DNA of 64,000 nt, taken from positions 925 through 64,924 of the forward strand of contig JBDTAC010000068.1 of NCBI GenBank assembly GCA_039924845.1, written 5' to 3'. This stretch comes from Bacteroidia bacterium. GTDB lineage: Bacteria > Bacteroidota > Bacteroidia > DATLTG01. Shown one piece after another: positions 20,440 through 30,522 of this stretch. The notes beneath the pieces are model-generated. The model saw nothing but the letters and a program-made list of their open reading frames with translations. It was not told where the DNA came from and did not search any database. A program made the position numbers and the translations under genes. Positions within the stretch are counted from its first letter, which is position 1. Each line of letters starts with the position of its first letter.

Positions 20440-21696
20440 ATGAAAAAAAATTTCTACTTAAAGATGTTGGCTTTCTTATTTGTTGGTGCGATGGCACAAA
20501 GTGCATCTGCCACAGGAACCATCCCGATTGACACCACACACGGAAGATATTATACGCAAGTATTTTCTTCTGTAACCATTACTTCTGGCGTTACGTATGG
20601 CTCTAATACGGATTATACTGGTAGTCCGGTAACACTCACGATGGATATTTATCAACCTGTCGGAGATACTGTTTCTCAACGTCCTGTTCTTGTTTTTGCA
20701 CACGGAGGCAGTTTTGTCGGCGGTGCCAGCACCGACCAAGATGTAACTTCGCTCTGTACCACTTTTGCGAAAATGGGTTACGTAACAGCATCTATTAATT
20801 ATCGTTTGGGATTTTATCCCTTCGATTCAATTCATGCGGTACCGGCTGTTATTCGGGCTGTTCAAGATATGAAAGCAGCCGTTCGCTTTTTCAGAAAAGA
20901 TTTTGCAACGACCAATACCTATAAAGTACAACCCAATTATGTGTTCGCCGGCGGAAGTTCTGCGGGTGCATTTATGGCATTGCACTTAGCGTATCTAACT
21001 CAAAACAGCGAAGTTCCATCCTATGTAAACATTGCTTCTTTAGGCGGTTTGGAAGGCACAAGTGGAAATCCAGGTTATTCGGATAACGTGAATGGAGTAG
21101 TGAATTTATGTGGTGCTTTGGGAGATTCTGCTTGGATAAAAACAGGCGCAATTCCGTTTGTGAGTATGCAAGGAGATTCTGATCACACCGTTCCTTATGG
21201 CTCTTCGATTATCGTAGTTGCAGGCAATCCGATTATGCGTGTAGATGGAAGTCATTCGCTGCATTTGCGCGCTACACACGTAGGTGTTCCAAATCCTTTT
21301 TATACTTTTTACAATGCAGATCACGTTCCGTATGCTGGAAGTACAGCTGCAGAAATTGCTTACATGGACACCACTGTTAATTTCGTGAAAATATTTTTAC
21401 GTCCTTTATTAGTGCAACCTTCTGTAACAACAGTTCCGCAATTGGTGCAAAATAACGACCTTACTGTTTATCCAAATCCTTCGCAAGGCGATGTATTTAT
21501 TCAATTCAGTAAAAATAATACCAACCAACATTTGGTTCAACTGTACGATGTTGCTGGAAAACAATTGTTGAGCAGCCAATTTAATGGTTCCTTTTACGCG
21601 ATGCAAAGAGGAACGATTGCTCCTGGAATTTATTTTTTGAAAATTACCGATACAGAAACGGCACATACATCCATCAAAAAAATAATTTTTTATTAG
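20440..21696 (+). CDS. alpha/beta-hydrolase (carboxylesterase/lipase-like) with T9SS C-terminal sorting domain
   Basis: Signal peptide; HGG oxyanion motif (VFAHGGSFVGG); nucleophile elbow GGSSAG; C-terminal ~80 aa match the Por/T9SS type-A CTD (LTVYPNPSQGDVFIQF...GIYFLKITDTE). Confidence 0.85.
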   Translation: MKKNFYLKMLAFLFVGAMAQSASATGTIPIDTTHGRYYTQVFSSVTITSGVTYGSNTDYTGSPVTLTMDIYQPVGDTVSQRPVLVFAHGGSFVGGASTDQDVTSLCTTFAKMGYVTASINYRLGFYPFDSIHAVPAVIRAVQDMKAAVRFFRKDFATTNTYKVQPNYVFAGGSSAGAFMALHLAYLTQNSEVPSYVNIASLGGLEGTSGNPGYSDNVNGVVNLCGALGDSAWIKTGAIPFVSMQGDSDHTVPYGSSIIVVAGNPIMRVDGSHSLHLRATHVGVPNPFYTFYNADHVPYAGSTAAEIAYMDTTVNFVKIFLRPLLVQPSVTTVPQLVQNNDLTVYPNPSQGDVFIQFSKNNTNQHLVQLYDVAGKQLLSSQFNGSFYAMQRGTIAPGIYFLKITDTETAHTSIKKIIFY

Positions 21697-21721
21697 AAAA
21701 AATAGTTTCCGAATTGAAAAA

Positions 21722-21751
21722 ATGCAAGCTCTTGAGCTTGCATTTTTTTTA
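21722..21751 (+). terminator. rho-independent terminator after the esterase gene (A-tract/T-tract flanked, potentially bidirectional)
   Basis: AAAAAATGCAAGCTC-TTGA-GAGCTTGCATTTTTTTT: 8-bp GC-containing stem followed by a T8 run. Confidence 0.8.
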
Positions 21752-21859
21752 TGCCTTTTTTGACAGAATCGAATTTAATAGTGTTTGAAAAAATATTTTT
21801 TCAAACACTATTATTGTACCAAAAAATAAATACATTTGTCGCCGAAGTGGTTTTAGATG

Positions 21860-22020
21860 TTTTTCATTAAACATCAAAATTAAAAGGGAATCCTGTTAAA
21901 ATCAGGAACAGTTCCCGCTGCTGTGAGCTCTTACAAATTTTGTCAATTCCATCGCCACTGTTCAAATAACGAATGGGAAGGCCAGACAAAACGGAGCAAG
22001 TCAGAAGACCTGCCAATTCA
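21860..22020 (+). promoter_or_regulatory. cobalamin (B12) riboswitch in the 5' leader of the TonB-dependent receptor
   Basis: Conserved core GGGAATCCTGTTAAAATCAGGAACAGTTCCCGCTGCTGTGA; GCCACTG...GGGAAGGC segment; B12 box AGTCAGAAGACCTGCC at 21999-22014. Confidence 0.8.
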
Positions 22021-22130
22021 GAATTAATTCAATGCTTTCGGGTAAAGAGCTCAGAATGGAAATCGTTTTTGCGATTACTTTTCCTTTCTCTTTTTACTCC
22101 TTTTGTTTCACTTATTTAAAAAAAATTAAA

Positions 22131-24302
22131 ATGAAAAAGGAGAAAAAAAATTATATGAACCTGTTTGTAATAGGTATTTTACTAATTGCACAACAAAGCG
22201 TTTTTGCCCAGCGAGACACATCGCTAATTGCCAAACAAAAATTAAATGAAGTAGTAGTTAGCGCCACCCGTACCGAAAAAAATGTACTTGATGTGGGGCG
22301 AAGTATTACTGTTATTTCGAGCCAAGAAATTCACAATTCCATTTACAATAGTGTGGCAGAATTACTTTCGCAACAAGAAGGCATTTACATTGTGGGAACA
22401 GGTCAAAATCCAGGTTCCAATCAAAGTATTTTTATGCGAGGAGCCGACAACAATCAAACAACGGTTATGATTGATGGAGTGCGGATAACCGATCCTTCAA
22501 CAGTAGATGACGCGATTGATTTATCTGAGCTTTCTTTGGCAAATGTGGATCACATCGAAATTGTAAGAGGTTCGCAAAGTACCTTGTATGGCTCTTCTGC
22601 CATTGGTGGAGTCATCAACATCATCACAAAAAATAATTTTTCAAAAGACTTTCATGTAGATGCTTCGGAAGACGCAGGAACATTCGGAAATCAAACCTCT
22701 ACATTTCGCGAGAATGCTTTTTTGAATTATACTTTTCAAAATGGCTTTTATGTGGAAAGCGGAATCAATAGATGGGATGTACAAGGTTTAAACTCAACGG
22801 TGGATACCGTTACCCATCCTTTGCCGTATCAACAAAATCCAGACAGAGATAATTATGTTAAAACAGAAATGACAGGAACTGTCGGATTTAAAAATGCAAA
22901 ATGGAATGTTTCTGCATCGTATAAATACCTGATTTCAGGTGCTGGAATTGATGCTGGCGCTTACACGAATGCAAATAAGGATACACTTATTTTTACGCGC
23001 AAATCCTATAATTATAATGCGAGTTATAAATTTTCGGATCATTTTAAAATCCAATTTAATGGTGGCATTTCTAATGTGCAACGCAAAGAAATACAAGACA
23101 CAACAATTGATTTTAAATACGGAACACCTGAATATTCGAATGAAATTTATAAAGGAACTTCTGCAACAAACGAGTTTCAATTGCAATATGATTTAAAAAA
23201 TATTTCGCTGATTGCTGGTGGCGGAATGTACAACGAAACCATGACGTCGAGTGGAATTTATGATTCTGATGGATTTATTTCTACGAATAATATAGATTCG
23301 CTAAATGCGCATCAAAATATTACTTACGAATATGCGCAGGCAGATATCAACGGAAAATGTATCAACGAAAAATTGAAAGATTTTAATTTGATTATCGGTG
23401 GGCGATTCAATAATCAAAATACGTACGGAAATAATCTCTCGTACGAACTAAATCCTTCTTATAAATTAAGTGAACACTCTTTGTTGTATGCAAGTTATTC
23501 CACTGGTTTTAATGCACCATCTTTGTATGAGTTATATTCGCCAATAGATGTAGCTTTAAGTTCTTCAATAAATATGGGAGATAAAAATTTGCAAGCTGAA
23601 ACATCGCAAAGTTTTGAAGTGGGTATAAAACACGATTTCGGAAATCACACTCATTTTACTGCTACATGGTTCAACACAGTAGTACAAAATTCGATTCAAT
23701 ACGTGTATTTATGGAATAGTAAAAAACCAATTGATTCACTTTCTTACTTGGATTTTATCGGCGATACGTATGTGAATGCGGGTACACAAACCAATACAGG
23801 ATTTGAATTCACGATTACTTCCGAACTCAGTAAAAAAATATTTTTTTCAGCCAATATGAGCGTTGTAAACGGAACATTGCAATACGATCCGGCTTCTATT
23901 AGTAAAGAACAAACACAGGATAATTATGTGCAATTGTTTGACGGTGGTGCTTTCCTTACACAAAAAACAAATACTTTTGGATTATTGCGCAGACCAGAAA
24001 ACAACGCTAATATAGCAATGACATACAAACCAATCGAAAAATTAATTTTACGAATGGATATTCATATGGTGGGGTCTCGTACAGATGCTGTTTACGAAGG
24101 CAATCTCGGTCCTTATGGTGCGCTTGGCACAACAGATGTAGCAGCATATACCTTGGTCGATTTTAATGCGAAATACAATTTCTGCAAATATTTTTCGGCA
24201 GGCTTCCGTATGGAAAATATTTTCAACACGCCTTACAGCGAAATCAATGGATACACTACCAGAGGCAGAGGAGAATACGTAAATTTGAGATATAATTTTT
24301 AA
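22131..24302 (+). CDS. TonB-dependent receptor, BtuB-like vitamin B12 transporter
   Basis: Start taken at MKKEKKNYMNLFVIGILLIAQQSVFAQ (signal peptide). Plug domain with TonB-box-like NEVVVSATR; beta-barrel with C-terminal NLRYNF; preceded by a B12 riboswitch. Confidence 0.85.
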   Translation: MKKEKKNYMNLFVIGILLIAQQSVFAQRDTSLIAKQKLNEVVVSATRTEKNVLDVGRSITVISSQEIHNSIYNSVAELLSQQEGIYIVGTGQNPGSNQSIFMRGADNNQTTVMIDGVRITDPSTVDDAIDLSELSLANVDHIEIVRGSQSTLYGSSAIGGVINIITKNNFSKDFHVDASEDAGTFGNQTSTFRENAFLNYTFQNGFYVESGINRWDVQGLNSTVDTVTHPLPYQQNPDRDNYVKTEMTGTVGFKNAKWNVSASYKYLISGAGIDAGAYTNANKDTLIFTRKSYNYNASYKFSDHFKIQFNGGISNVQRKEIQDTTIDFKYGTPEYSNEIYKGTSATNEFQLQYDLKNISLIAGGGMYNETMTSSGIYDSDGFISTNNIDSLNAHQNITYEYAQADINGKCINEKLKDFNLIIGGRFNNQNTYGNNLSYELNPSYKLSEHSLLYASYSTGFNAPSLYELYSPIDVALSSSINMGDKNLQAETSQSFEVGIKHDFGNHTHFTATWFNTVVQNSIQYVYLWNSKKPIDSLSYLDFIGDTYVNAGTQTNTGFEFTITSELSKKIFFSANMSVVNGTLQYDPASISKEQTQDNYVQLFDGGAFLTQKTNTFGLLRRPENNANIAMTYKPIEKLILRMDIHMVGSRTDAVYEGNLGPYGALGTTDVAAYTLVDFNAKYNFCKYFSAGFRMENIFNTPYSEINGYTTRGRGEYVNLRYNF

Positions 24303-25021
24303 TGGAGAAAAAAGAAAAAGTTGTTTTTTGTTGGAGCGGAGGCAAAGACTCCGCTCTGGCATTATACAAAATACAGCAGGAAAACAAATATGAAGTTATC
24401 GCATTTTTAACGACGGTGAATGAAAATTTCAAACGTGTTTCGATGCACGGCGTGCGCGAAGAATTACTGGAAATGCAAGCAGATTCTGTGGGAATTCCTT
24501 TGGAGAAAATCTATGTGAATCAAGGTTCCAATGCAGAATACGAAAATAAGATGGAAGAATTTTTACTTCGTTACAAAAAAAAAGGAGTTGAAAAAATAAT
24601 TTTTGGCGACATCTTTTTGGAAGATTTACGCACGTATCGCGATGCTAATTTGGCGAAAGTAAACATGCAAGGAATTTATCCTTTGTGGAAAAAAAATACG
24701 AAGGAGTTGATTACAGAATTTTTGTCGCTCGGTTTCCAAACTATTATTTGTTGTGCCAACGATGCCTTTTTAAATGAACAACACGTAGGCGAAATCATCA
24801 CACAAAAATTTATAACTGATTTGCCAGATAACGTAGATCCTTGTGGAGAAAACGGAGAGTTTCACACCTTTTGTTTTGCAGGACCAATTTTCAAAAAGAA
24901 AATAAATTTTTCAATAGCAGAGAAAATTTATCGTCCGCTTGAAATTAAAAAATCAGAAGATAACTGTTCCTTGCTCGAATCAAAAACATTGGGTTTTTGG
25001 TTTTGTGATTTGAAAAAATAA
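24302..25021 (+). CDS. Dph6-related ATP pyrophosphatase (DUF71/MJ0570 adenine-nucleotide alpha-hydrolase family)
   Basis: PP-loop-like N-terminus VVFCWSGGKDSALAL; start codon overlaps the receptor stop (TAATGG), indicating an operon. Confidence 0.65.
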   Translation: MEKKEKVVFCWSGGKDSALALYKIQQENKYEVIAFLTTVNENFKRVSMHGVREELLEMQADSVGIPLEKIYVNQGSNAEYENKMEEFLLRYKKKGVEKIIFGDIFLEDLRTYRDANLAKVNMQGIYPLWKKNTKELITEFLSLGFQTIICCANDAFLNEQHVGEIITQKFITDLPDNVDPCGENGEFHTFCFAGPIFKKKINFSIAEKIYRPLEIKKSEDNCSLLESKTLGFWFCDLKK

Positions 25022-25050
25022 TTTTTCAAATCCTTTTTATTCGTGAAATT

Positions 25051-26184
25051 TTAAGCCATTTGCATCAAAGCAACAGGCATTACAAGCATTAAAATAGTCT
25101 CGTTTTTATTATCTTTTTCAAGTGGCGCGGGCGTAATAATTCCAGCTCTGTTCGGCGAAGATAATTCCATACACACTTCGTCGCAATCTAAATTGGAAAG
25201 CATTTCAATTAAAAAATTAGCGTTAAAACCAATTTCCATTTCGTCGCCAGAATATTGACATGTCAAACGTTCGTTCGCTTCGCTGGAATATTCAGCATCT
25301 TCAGTAGAAATATTTAATTCGCTTCCAGCAATTTTCAAACGAATCATTTGCGTTGATTTATTCGAGAAAATAGAAACGCGTTTGATAGAACTCAAAAAAG
25401 CATGTTTATCAATCGTTAATTTATAGGGATTGTCTTTCGGAATAACCGCTTCGTAATTCGGATATTGTCCATCAATTAAACGGCAGGTAATAATGGTCGA
25501 ATCAAACGAAAAAGAAACATTCTTTTTATTGTATTCCATTTTCACTTTTCCTTCCACATTGGCTAAAATATTTTTCAATAATCCGAGTGGTTTTTTCGGT
25601 AAAATAAAGGAAGCCGCTGTATTTGATACCGCATCGGAACGTTTGTAACGCACCAATTTATGAGCATCTGTGGCAACAAAAGTTGTTCCTTCTTTCGATA
25701 ACTGACATAAAACGCCCGTCATCACTGGTCTTAATTTATCGGCAGCCGTTGCAAAAATTGTTTTGTTGATGGCAGCAGCCAAAACTGCTGGCTCCAACTC
25801 AACTGCAGAAGGTGCGTCAATAGAAGGAACTTTCGGAAATTCTTTCGGGTTTTGTCCAATCAATTTATATTTTCCAGAATCAGAACTAATTTCTATTCCG
25901 AATAATTCTTCGTCCACTGTAAAGGTAAGCGGTTGATCTGGCAAGGCTTTTAAAATATCCAATAGTAATTTTGCAGGAATGGCAATACTTCCGGCATCTT
26001 TTGCTTCCGCAGGAATGCTGGTAGTCATAGTACTTTCCAAATCAGAAGCAGAAACCGTTAATTTCTTTTTCTCTATTTCGAATAAAAAATTATCTAAAAT
26101 GCGGAGCGTATTGCTCGAATTTAGAACCCCACTCAAAGTTTGAAGTTGTCTCAATAAAGTGGAACTGGATACAATGAACACCAT
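25051..26184 (-). CDS. dnaN: DNA polymerase III beta subunit (sliding clamp)
   Basis: 377 aa; three-domain clamp pattern; N-terminus MVFIVSSSTLLRQLQTLSGVL; typical length. Confidence 0.9.
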   Translation of the reverse strand: MVFIVSSSTLLRQLQTLSGVLNSSNTLRILDNFLFEIEKKKLTVSASDLESTMTTSIPAEAKDAGSIAIPAKLLLDILKALPDQPLTFTVDEELFGIEISSDSGKYKLIGQNPKEFPKVPSIDAPSAVELEPAVLAAAINKTIFATAADKLRPVMTGVLCQLSKEGTTFVATDAHKLVRYKRSDAVSNTAASFILPKKPLGLLKNILANVEGKVKMEYNKKNVSFSFDSTIITCRLIDGQYPNYEAVIPKDNPYKLTIDKHAFLSSIKRVSIFSNKSTQMIRLKIAGSELNISTEDAEYSSEANERLTCQYSGDEMEIGFNANFLIEMLSNLDCDEVCMELSSPNRAGIITPAPLEKDNKNETILMLVMPVALMQMA

Positions 26185-26274
26185 AGAATTTGTCGTTTAA
26201 AAAATTATTTTTTCGAACTACAAATTTAACGTATCAACGCTGTTATTAAAAGGTAGTACCCGAATAGTTATACA

Positions 26275-27333
26275 CTATTTTTTAACAGCGTTATTTGTAT
26301 TCAAATGATCATAATCCGGATTAAAATAATCTTCTGTTTGTAAAATTTTTCCGGCGCCGTAGTATTGCATCAACACAAAATCTTTTCCGTCAATCAAGCC
26401 AAAAAAGCGATCGCTATCGTAAACTAATGGTTTTCCGAATTGATCCAATTGATCTGGCTGTGCAGATTTCGCATACGTTTTCAATGTTTTTTGATTTCCT
26501 TTTACATCCGTTACCGTGATGATAAATCCAGGTGCAGTATTTAAAATAGAATCGCGTGTGTGTATCGGTAAATTATCTGCAAATCCTTCAAAATTTATAT
26601 TTTGGAAATAAGAAAAGTATTGCTTTACAGCGATGGTATCGCATTTCGGGAAAGGGCTGTTGCTTAATGAAACTAAGGAAAAATGATTGGAATTAATGAA
26701 ATTAAGTTGGAAACTTTTTTCTGGCTGTTGATTGTTTTGAACGCGCACCGATTTTATTTCCGTAGGGATATACCTAAAAACGCTGCGATCTCTCCAGCCA
26801 GATTCCTTCGTAAAATAACGCGTAGTCAGGTATCCGTCAAACCCAGGAATGTACATAATAAAAGGATCTGTGCTGTTTTTCCCTGTTTCTGGATCAGAAA
26901 GCAACATATACGTTCCCAACTGATCTTGAGTTTCGCCGCCCACATAATACCTACGCACTAATTTTCCGTTTTGGTAAATTTCCACTTTCGTTCCGCCAGC
27001 AGCCAAATCTTTCAACACATTTGTACGACCGAGTTTGCCAATAGGGCTTTTTACATCTACGTTTTTTATTGTTGTTAATAAAGTATTCATAGCATCGTTG
27101 CGCACATAAAATTTATCGTCCACTTTCCAAACACCAGCTTGTACACGGGTAAGCGTTACTTCTTGTCTATTTTGATTCACTAAAAATATTTTATCAATCG
27201 AAGCCGTATCGCTTACTGCGAAAGCAGTTTCTGCTTTGTTGATGGTGCTGTCTGTTTGCCGGTTGATAAACACGAAAATGGCAATTACCACCAGAAATGC
27301 GACAATCATCAATGGGATTTTATTTTTTTTCAT
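26275..27333 (-). CDS. DUF4340 domain protein (commonly adjacent to gldG)
   Basis: N-terminal TM anchor plus a 330-aa extracytoplasmic domain; position immediately downstream of gldG. Confidence 0.55.
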   Translation of the reverse strand: MKKNKIPLMIVAFLVVIAIFVFINRQTDSTINKAETAFAVSDTASIDKIFLVNQNRQEVTLTRVQAGVWKVDDKFYVRNDAMNTLLTTIKNVDVKSPIGKLGRTNVLKDLAAGGTKVEIYQNGKLVRRYYVGGETQDQLGTYMLLSDPETGKNSTDPFIMYIPGFDGYLTTRYFTKESGWRDRSVFRYIPTEIKSVRVQNNQQPEKSFQLNFINSNHFSLVSLSNSPFPKCDTIAVKQYFSYFQNINFEGFADNLPIHTRDSILNTAPGFIITVTDVKGNQKTLKTYAKSAQPDQLDQFGKPLVYDSDRFFGLIDGKDFVLMQYYGAGKILQTEDYFNPDYDHLNTNNAVKK

Positions 27334-27383
27334 AATAACAAAAATTATTTTGGTTAGAAAAAGGCGTTCAAAAAATTAATTTT

Positions 27384-29081
27384 TCAAAGAGAATATTTTC
27401 GTTTTCTCACAAAAAATTGAATCATTCCGTAAATAATAATTAACAAAGAAGGAAGTACTGTATTGATTATTTGCCATTGCAAGCGCTCGTTCGCTATTTT
27501 TTTCTTGTCGAGCAAACGCAATTTAATTTCTCTTCCGCGCAGCGGAATTAAACTTTCATCACCAGTTAAATAATTGATACAATTGAGTATAAAATTTTTA
27601 TTTCCGTAAGTGCGATTCGTGTAAAAATCATAGCCTAAAGGAAGCGCTCTTCCTGTTGATTGCTGCACTTCGTTTTTGATAACGTTTCCATCCGCAATCA
27701 CAATCATTTTCGTTTCCGGACTTTGATATTTGTAATCAATTTCTTTGTCGTTCACAATTTTTGGGATATCGCGATTGGTGTACAACGATTTGAATTTACC
27801 TTCCAACAGCACTGCCAATGGCTGGAAAGGCTTATCGAATTGCTGCATTGCCAAAGGATATTCCACAATTCCTAAACTTACGCGCGTAGGTGTTTCTGCC
27901 AAACGGCTGTATTTAGAAGTACGTAGTAAAAAGGTTTTTTTAATTCCTTCTGAACCAATAGTATCAAGGGAACTGGCAAAATTAAATTCTATCAAATCTA
28001 AATTCTTTGTAATGATATTTTGAGGATTATTTCCCACCAAGGGCGTATAAACCCAAGGCACCAATTGCCAATCTGGCGGACTACCTCGAAAAGCTTTGTT
28101 AATAGGGATCATGGAACATTGCATGTCCTGAACAATATCCGTATTGATGCGCGCACCGTAATTAAAAAGCATGTCATTCAAATTCAACTCACGCGGAAGC
28201 CCCATCGTAATGCCTGAATGGTGCAAACTATCCATATTAGTATAAACGGAATTAACGAGCCAAAGAATTTTTCCTCCGTGCATCACAAATTGATCAATGA
28301 TAAATTTATCTTTTTCGTTGATAATGGTATCTGGATTGGCGATTATCAACAGTCCAATGTCTTGCAAACTTTTTAATCTTCCCTCTATTTTTACGCGTTT
28401 TGTTACATAAAAATCATTCAAGGTATTGGTAATATCGGCAACTCGCAAGGAGTCTAATTCTCCGTGCCCGTATAAAAAGCCAACTTCACGACGTACCGGA
28501 TTTTTTAAAATGCGCATCGCACTTGCGAAATCATATTCTAATTTTTGAACAGAATTATTCAGTGCTTCGTCTGGCGGAACACCGGGATCATTTTGAAGCA
28601 ATTGAACGGGCGCACTTTGTCCTTTGTAGCTGATTACTGCCCAAGGAAAAATAACCTGTTCGGACGATCCGCCATTGTCGTCCTTCACTTGTAAATTAGT
28701 GGGCGTTAATCCTTGATTGTACAATTGGCGGTAAAAAGCATCGCGTACTTTTGTATCTGGATTAGCAGACGGATTGATAAATTCATATTGAACGTTCCCG
28801 TGAGAATAAGCACGAAACTCATCCAACATTTCTTTCGTTTCACTTTTTAAACGCTTGAATCCTGAAGGGAAATCACCATCCAAATACACTTTTACGTAAA
28901 CAATATCGTTCACGCTTTCCATCATTTTTTTGGTATCGTCCGATAAAGTATACCGTTTTTCGGATGTTAAATCAAAACGATGAAAAACAAAAGAGCCGAT
29001 AAAATTACACAGCACGACAATGGCAATACTGAGCACCAACCAAATGATATCGCGTTTTTTATTTCCTCTTTTCTGTGTCAA
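27384..29081 (-). CDS. gldG: gliding-motility-associated ABC transporter auxiliary component GldG
   Basis: 565 aa, N- and C-terminal TM segments flanking a large periplasmic domain; adjacent to gldF. Confidence 0.75.
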   Translation of the reverse strand: MTQKRGNKKRDIIWLVLSIAIVVLCNFIGSFVFHRFDLTSEKRYTLSDDTKKMMESVNDIVYVKVYLDGDFPSGFKRLKSETKEMLDEFRAYSHGNVQYEFINPSANPDTKVRDAFYRQLYNQGLTPTNLQVKDDNGGSSEQVIFPWAVISYKGQSAPVQLLQNDPGVPPDEALNNSVQKLEYDFASAMRILKNPVRREVGFLYGHGELDSLRVADITNTLNDFYVTKRVKIEGRLKSLQDIGLLIIANPDTIINEKDKFIIDQFVMHGGKILWLVNSVYTNMDSLHHSGITMGLPRELNLNDMLFNYGARINTDIVQDMQCSMIPINKAFRGSPPDWQLVPWVYTPLVGNNPQNIITKNLDLIEFNFASSLDTIGSEGIKKTFLLRTSKYSRLAETPTRVSLGIVEYPLAMQQFDKPFQPLAVLLEGKFKSLYTNRDIPKIVNDKEIDYKYQSPETKMIVIADGNVIKNEVQQSTGRALPLGYDFYTNRTYGNKNFILNCINYLTGDESLIPLRGREIKLRLLDKKKIANERLQWQIINTVLPSLLIIIYGMIQFFVRKRKYSL

Positions 29082-29110
29082 AATTGTCGGTCAAAAAATT
29101 AATTTTTCAA

Positions 29111-29842
29111 TCACCATTTTCTACTTTCTAAAACTGTTTTTGTCAGCAAAATAAAAATACCAATAAGGCTGAGATAATACAAAACATCGCGTGTATCAAT
29201 CACTCCGCGACTCATGGAGGCGTAATGTGCATTGATGCCCAAAGCTAAAATGAAATTATCTACTTTACCAAAAATGTGTGCGGTACTTATAAATTCGAAA
29301 CCGTAATAAAAAAACAAACAAAGTAAAACTGCCAAAATAAAGGCGATAACTTGGTTTTCGGTAACGGAAGAAGCAAAAATACCGATGGCAACAAAGGCGG
29401 CACCTAAAAAAAGCAAGCCGATGTAAGAGCCCCACATTCCTCCAGTATCAATATTTCTGGGAGGATTTCCCAAACGAGAAACACTGTAATAATAAATCAA
29501 TGTGGGTAATAAGGAAAACACAACCAAAAATAATCCGGCAGCGTATTTTGCTAAAATAATTTGAAGATCGGAAAGTGGTTGCGTGAGTAACAATTCGATG
29601 GTTCTACCTTTTCTTTCGTCAGCAAAAGAGCGCATCGTGATGGCAGGAATCAGAAATAAAAACACCCAAGGAGCTACAATAAACAAAGCATCTAACGAAG
29701 AGAATCCACTTTCTAATACATTGGAATCCATCGGTAAAACCCACATAAACAAACCTACAGCCAATAAAAAAACGAGAATAGTAAGGTATCCTATCCATGA
29801 ATTTAGAAAACTGCTAATCTCTTTTTTTAAGAGTGTGAACAT
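29111..29842 (-). CDS. gldF: gliding-motility-associated ABC transporter permease GldF
   Basis: 243 aa ABC-2-type permease with about six TM segments, upstream of gldG. Confidence 0.75.
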   Translation of the reverse strand: MFTLLKKEISSFLNSWIGYLTILVFLLAVGLFMWVLPMDSNVLESGFSSLDALFIVAPWVFLFLIPAITMRSFADERKGRTIELLLTQPLSDLQIILAKYAAGLFLVVFSLLPTLIYYYSVSRLGNPPRNIDTGGMWGSYIGLLFLGAAFVAIGIFASSVTENQVIAFILAVLLCLFFYYGFEFISTAHIFGKVDNFILALGINAHYASMSRGVIDTRDVLYYLSLIGIFILLTKTVLESRKW

Positions 29843-30087
29843 TGGATTGTTTTTGAATTTTCTTTATTTATGAGCAGCGCAAAAATACTTTTTTTCGGCA
29901 ATAAACACGCCTGCACTTTTTTTTATTTAACATTTTTTAAGAACAAGTTTTCTTGGAGATGATAACGGGGGGATTATTTTCCAAAATCAATAAAGCATTT
30001 CGACCGACACGAAATTACACTTTTTATATCAACTTATACTAATTATTATTGATACTTTTGAGTCTCGAAAAAATAATTTTTCAAAGA

Positions 30088-30465
30088 ATGAAAAAAATCA
30101 TTCAAACAACCAAAGCGCCCGCACCGATAGGACCTTATAGTCAGGCTGTTTTTGCAAATAACATGTTATTTGTTTCAGGTCAAATCGCACTCAATCCAAC
30201 TACTGGAAATCTGATAGTGAACGATATAAAATCCGAAACAAAACAAGTAATGGAGAATATAAAAGCCATTTTAGCGGAAGCGAATTTGGATTTTAATTCG
30301 ATTGTAAAAACAAGTATTTTTTTATCAGACATGACTAATTTTTCGGAAGTGAACGAAGTGTACGGTTCTTATTTTACAAGTGATTTTCCTGCGCGTGAAA
30401 CCATTCAGGTAGCACGTTTGCCAAAAGATGTGAATGTGGAGATATCCGTGATTGCGGTGAAATAA
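30088..30465 (+). CDS. ridA: RidA family (YjgF/TdcF) reactive-intermediate deaminase
   Basis: Start at MKKIIQTTKAPAPIGPYSQAV; YjgF signature PARETIQVARLPKDVNVEI. Confidence 0.9.
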   Translation: MKKIIQTTKAPAPIGPYSQAVFANNMLFVSGQIALNPTTGNLIVNDIKSETKQVMENIKAILAEANLDFNSIVKTSIFLSDMTNFSEVNEVYGSYFTSDFPARETIQVARLPKDVNVEISVIAVK

Positions 30466-30522
30466 AGCGATTGCGTTCTGTTAATTTTAGTGTTTGAAAA
30501 ATTAATTTTTCAAACACCTTTT

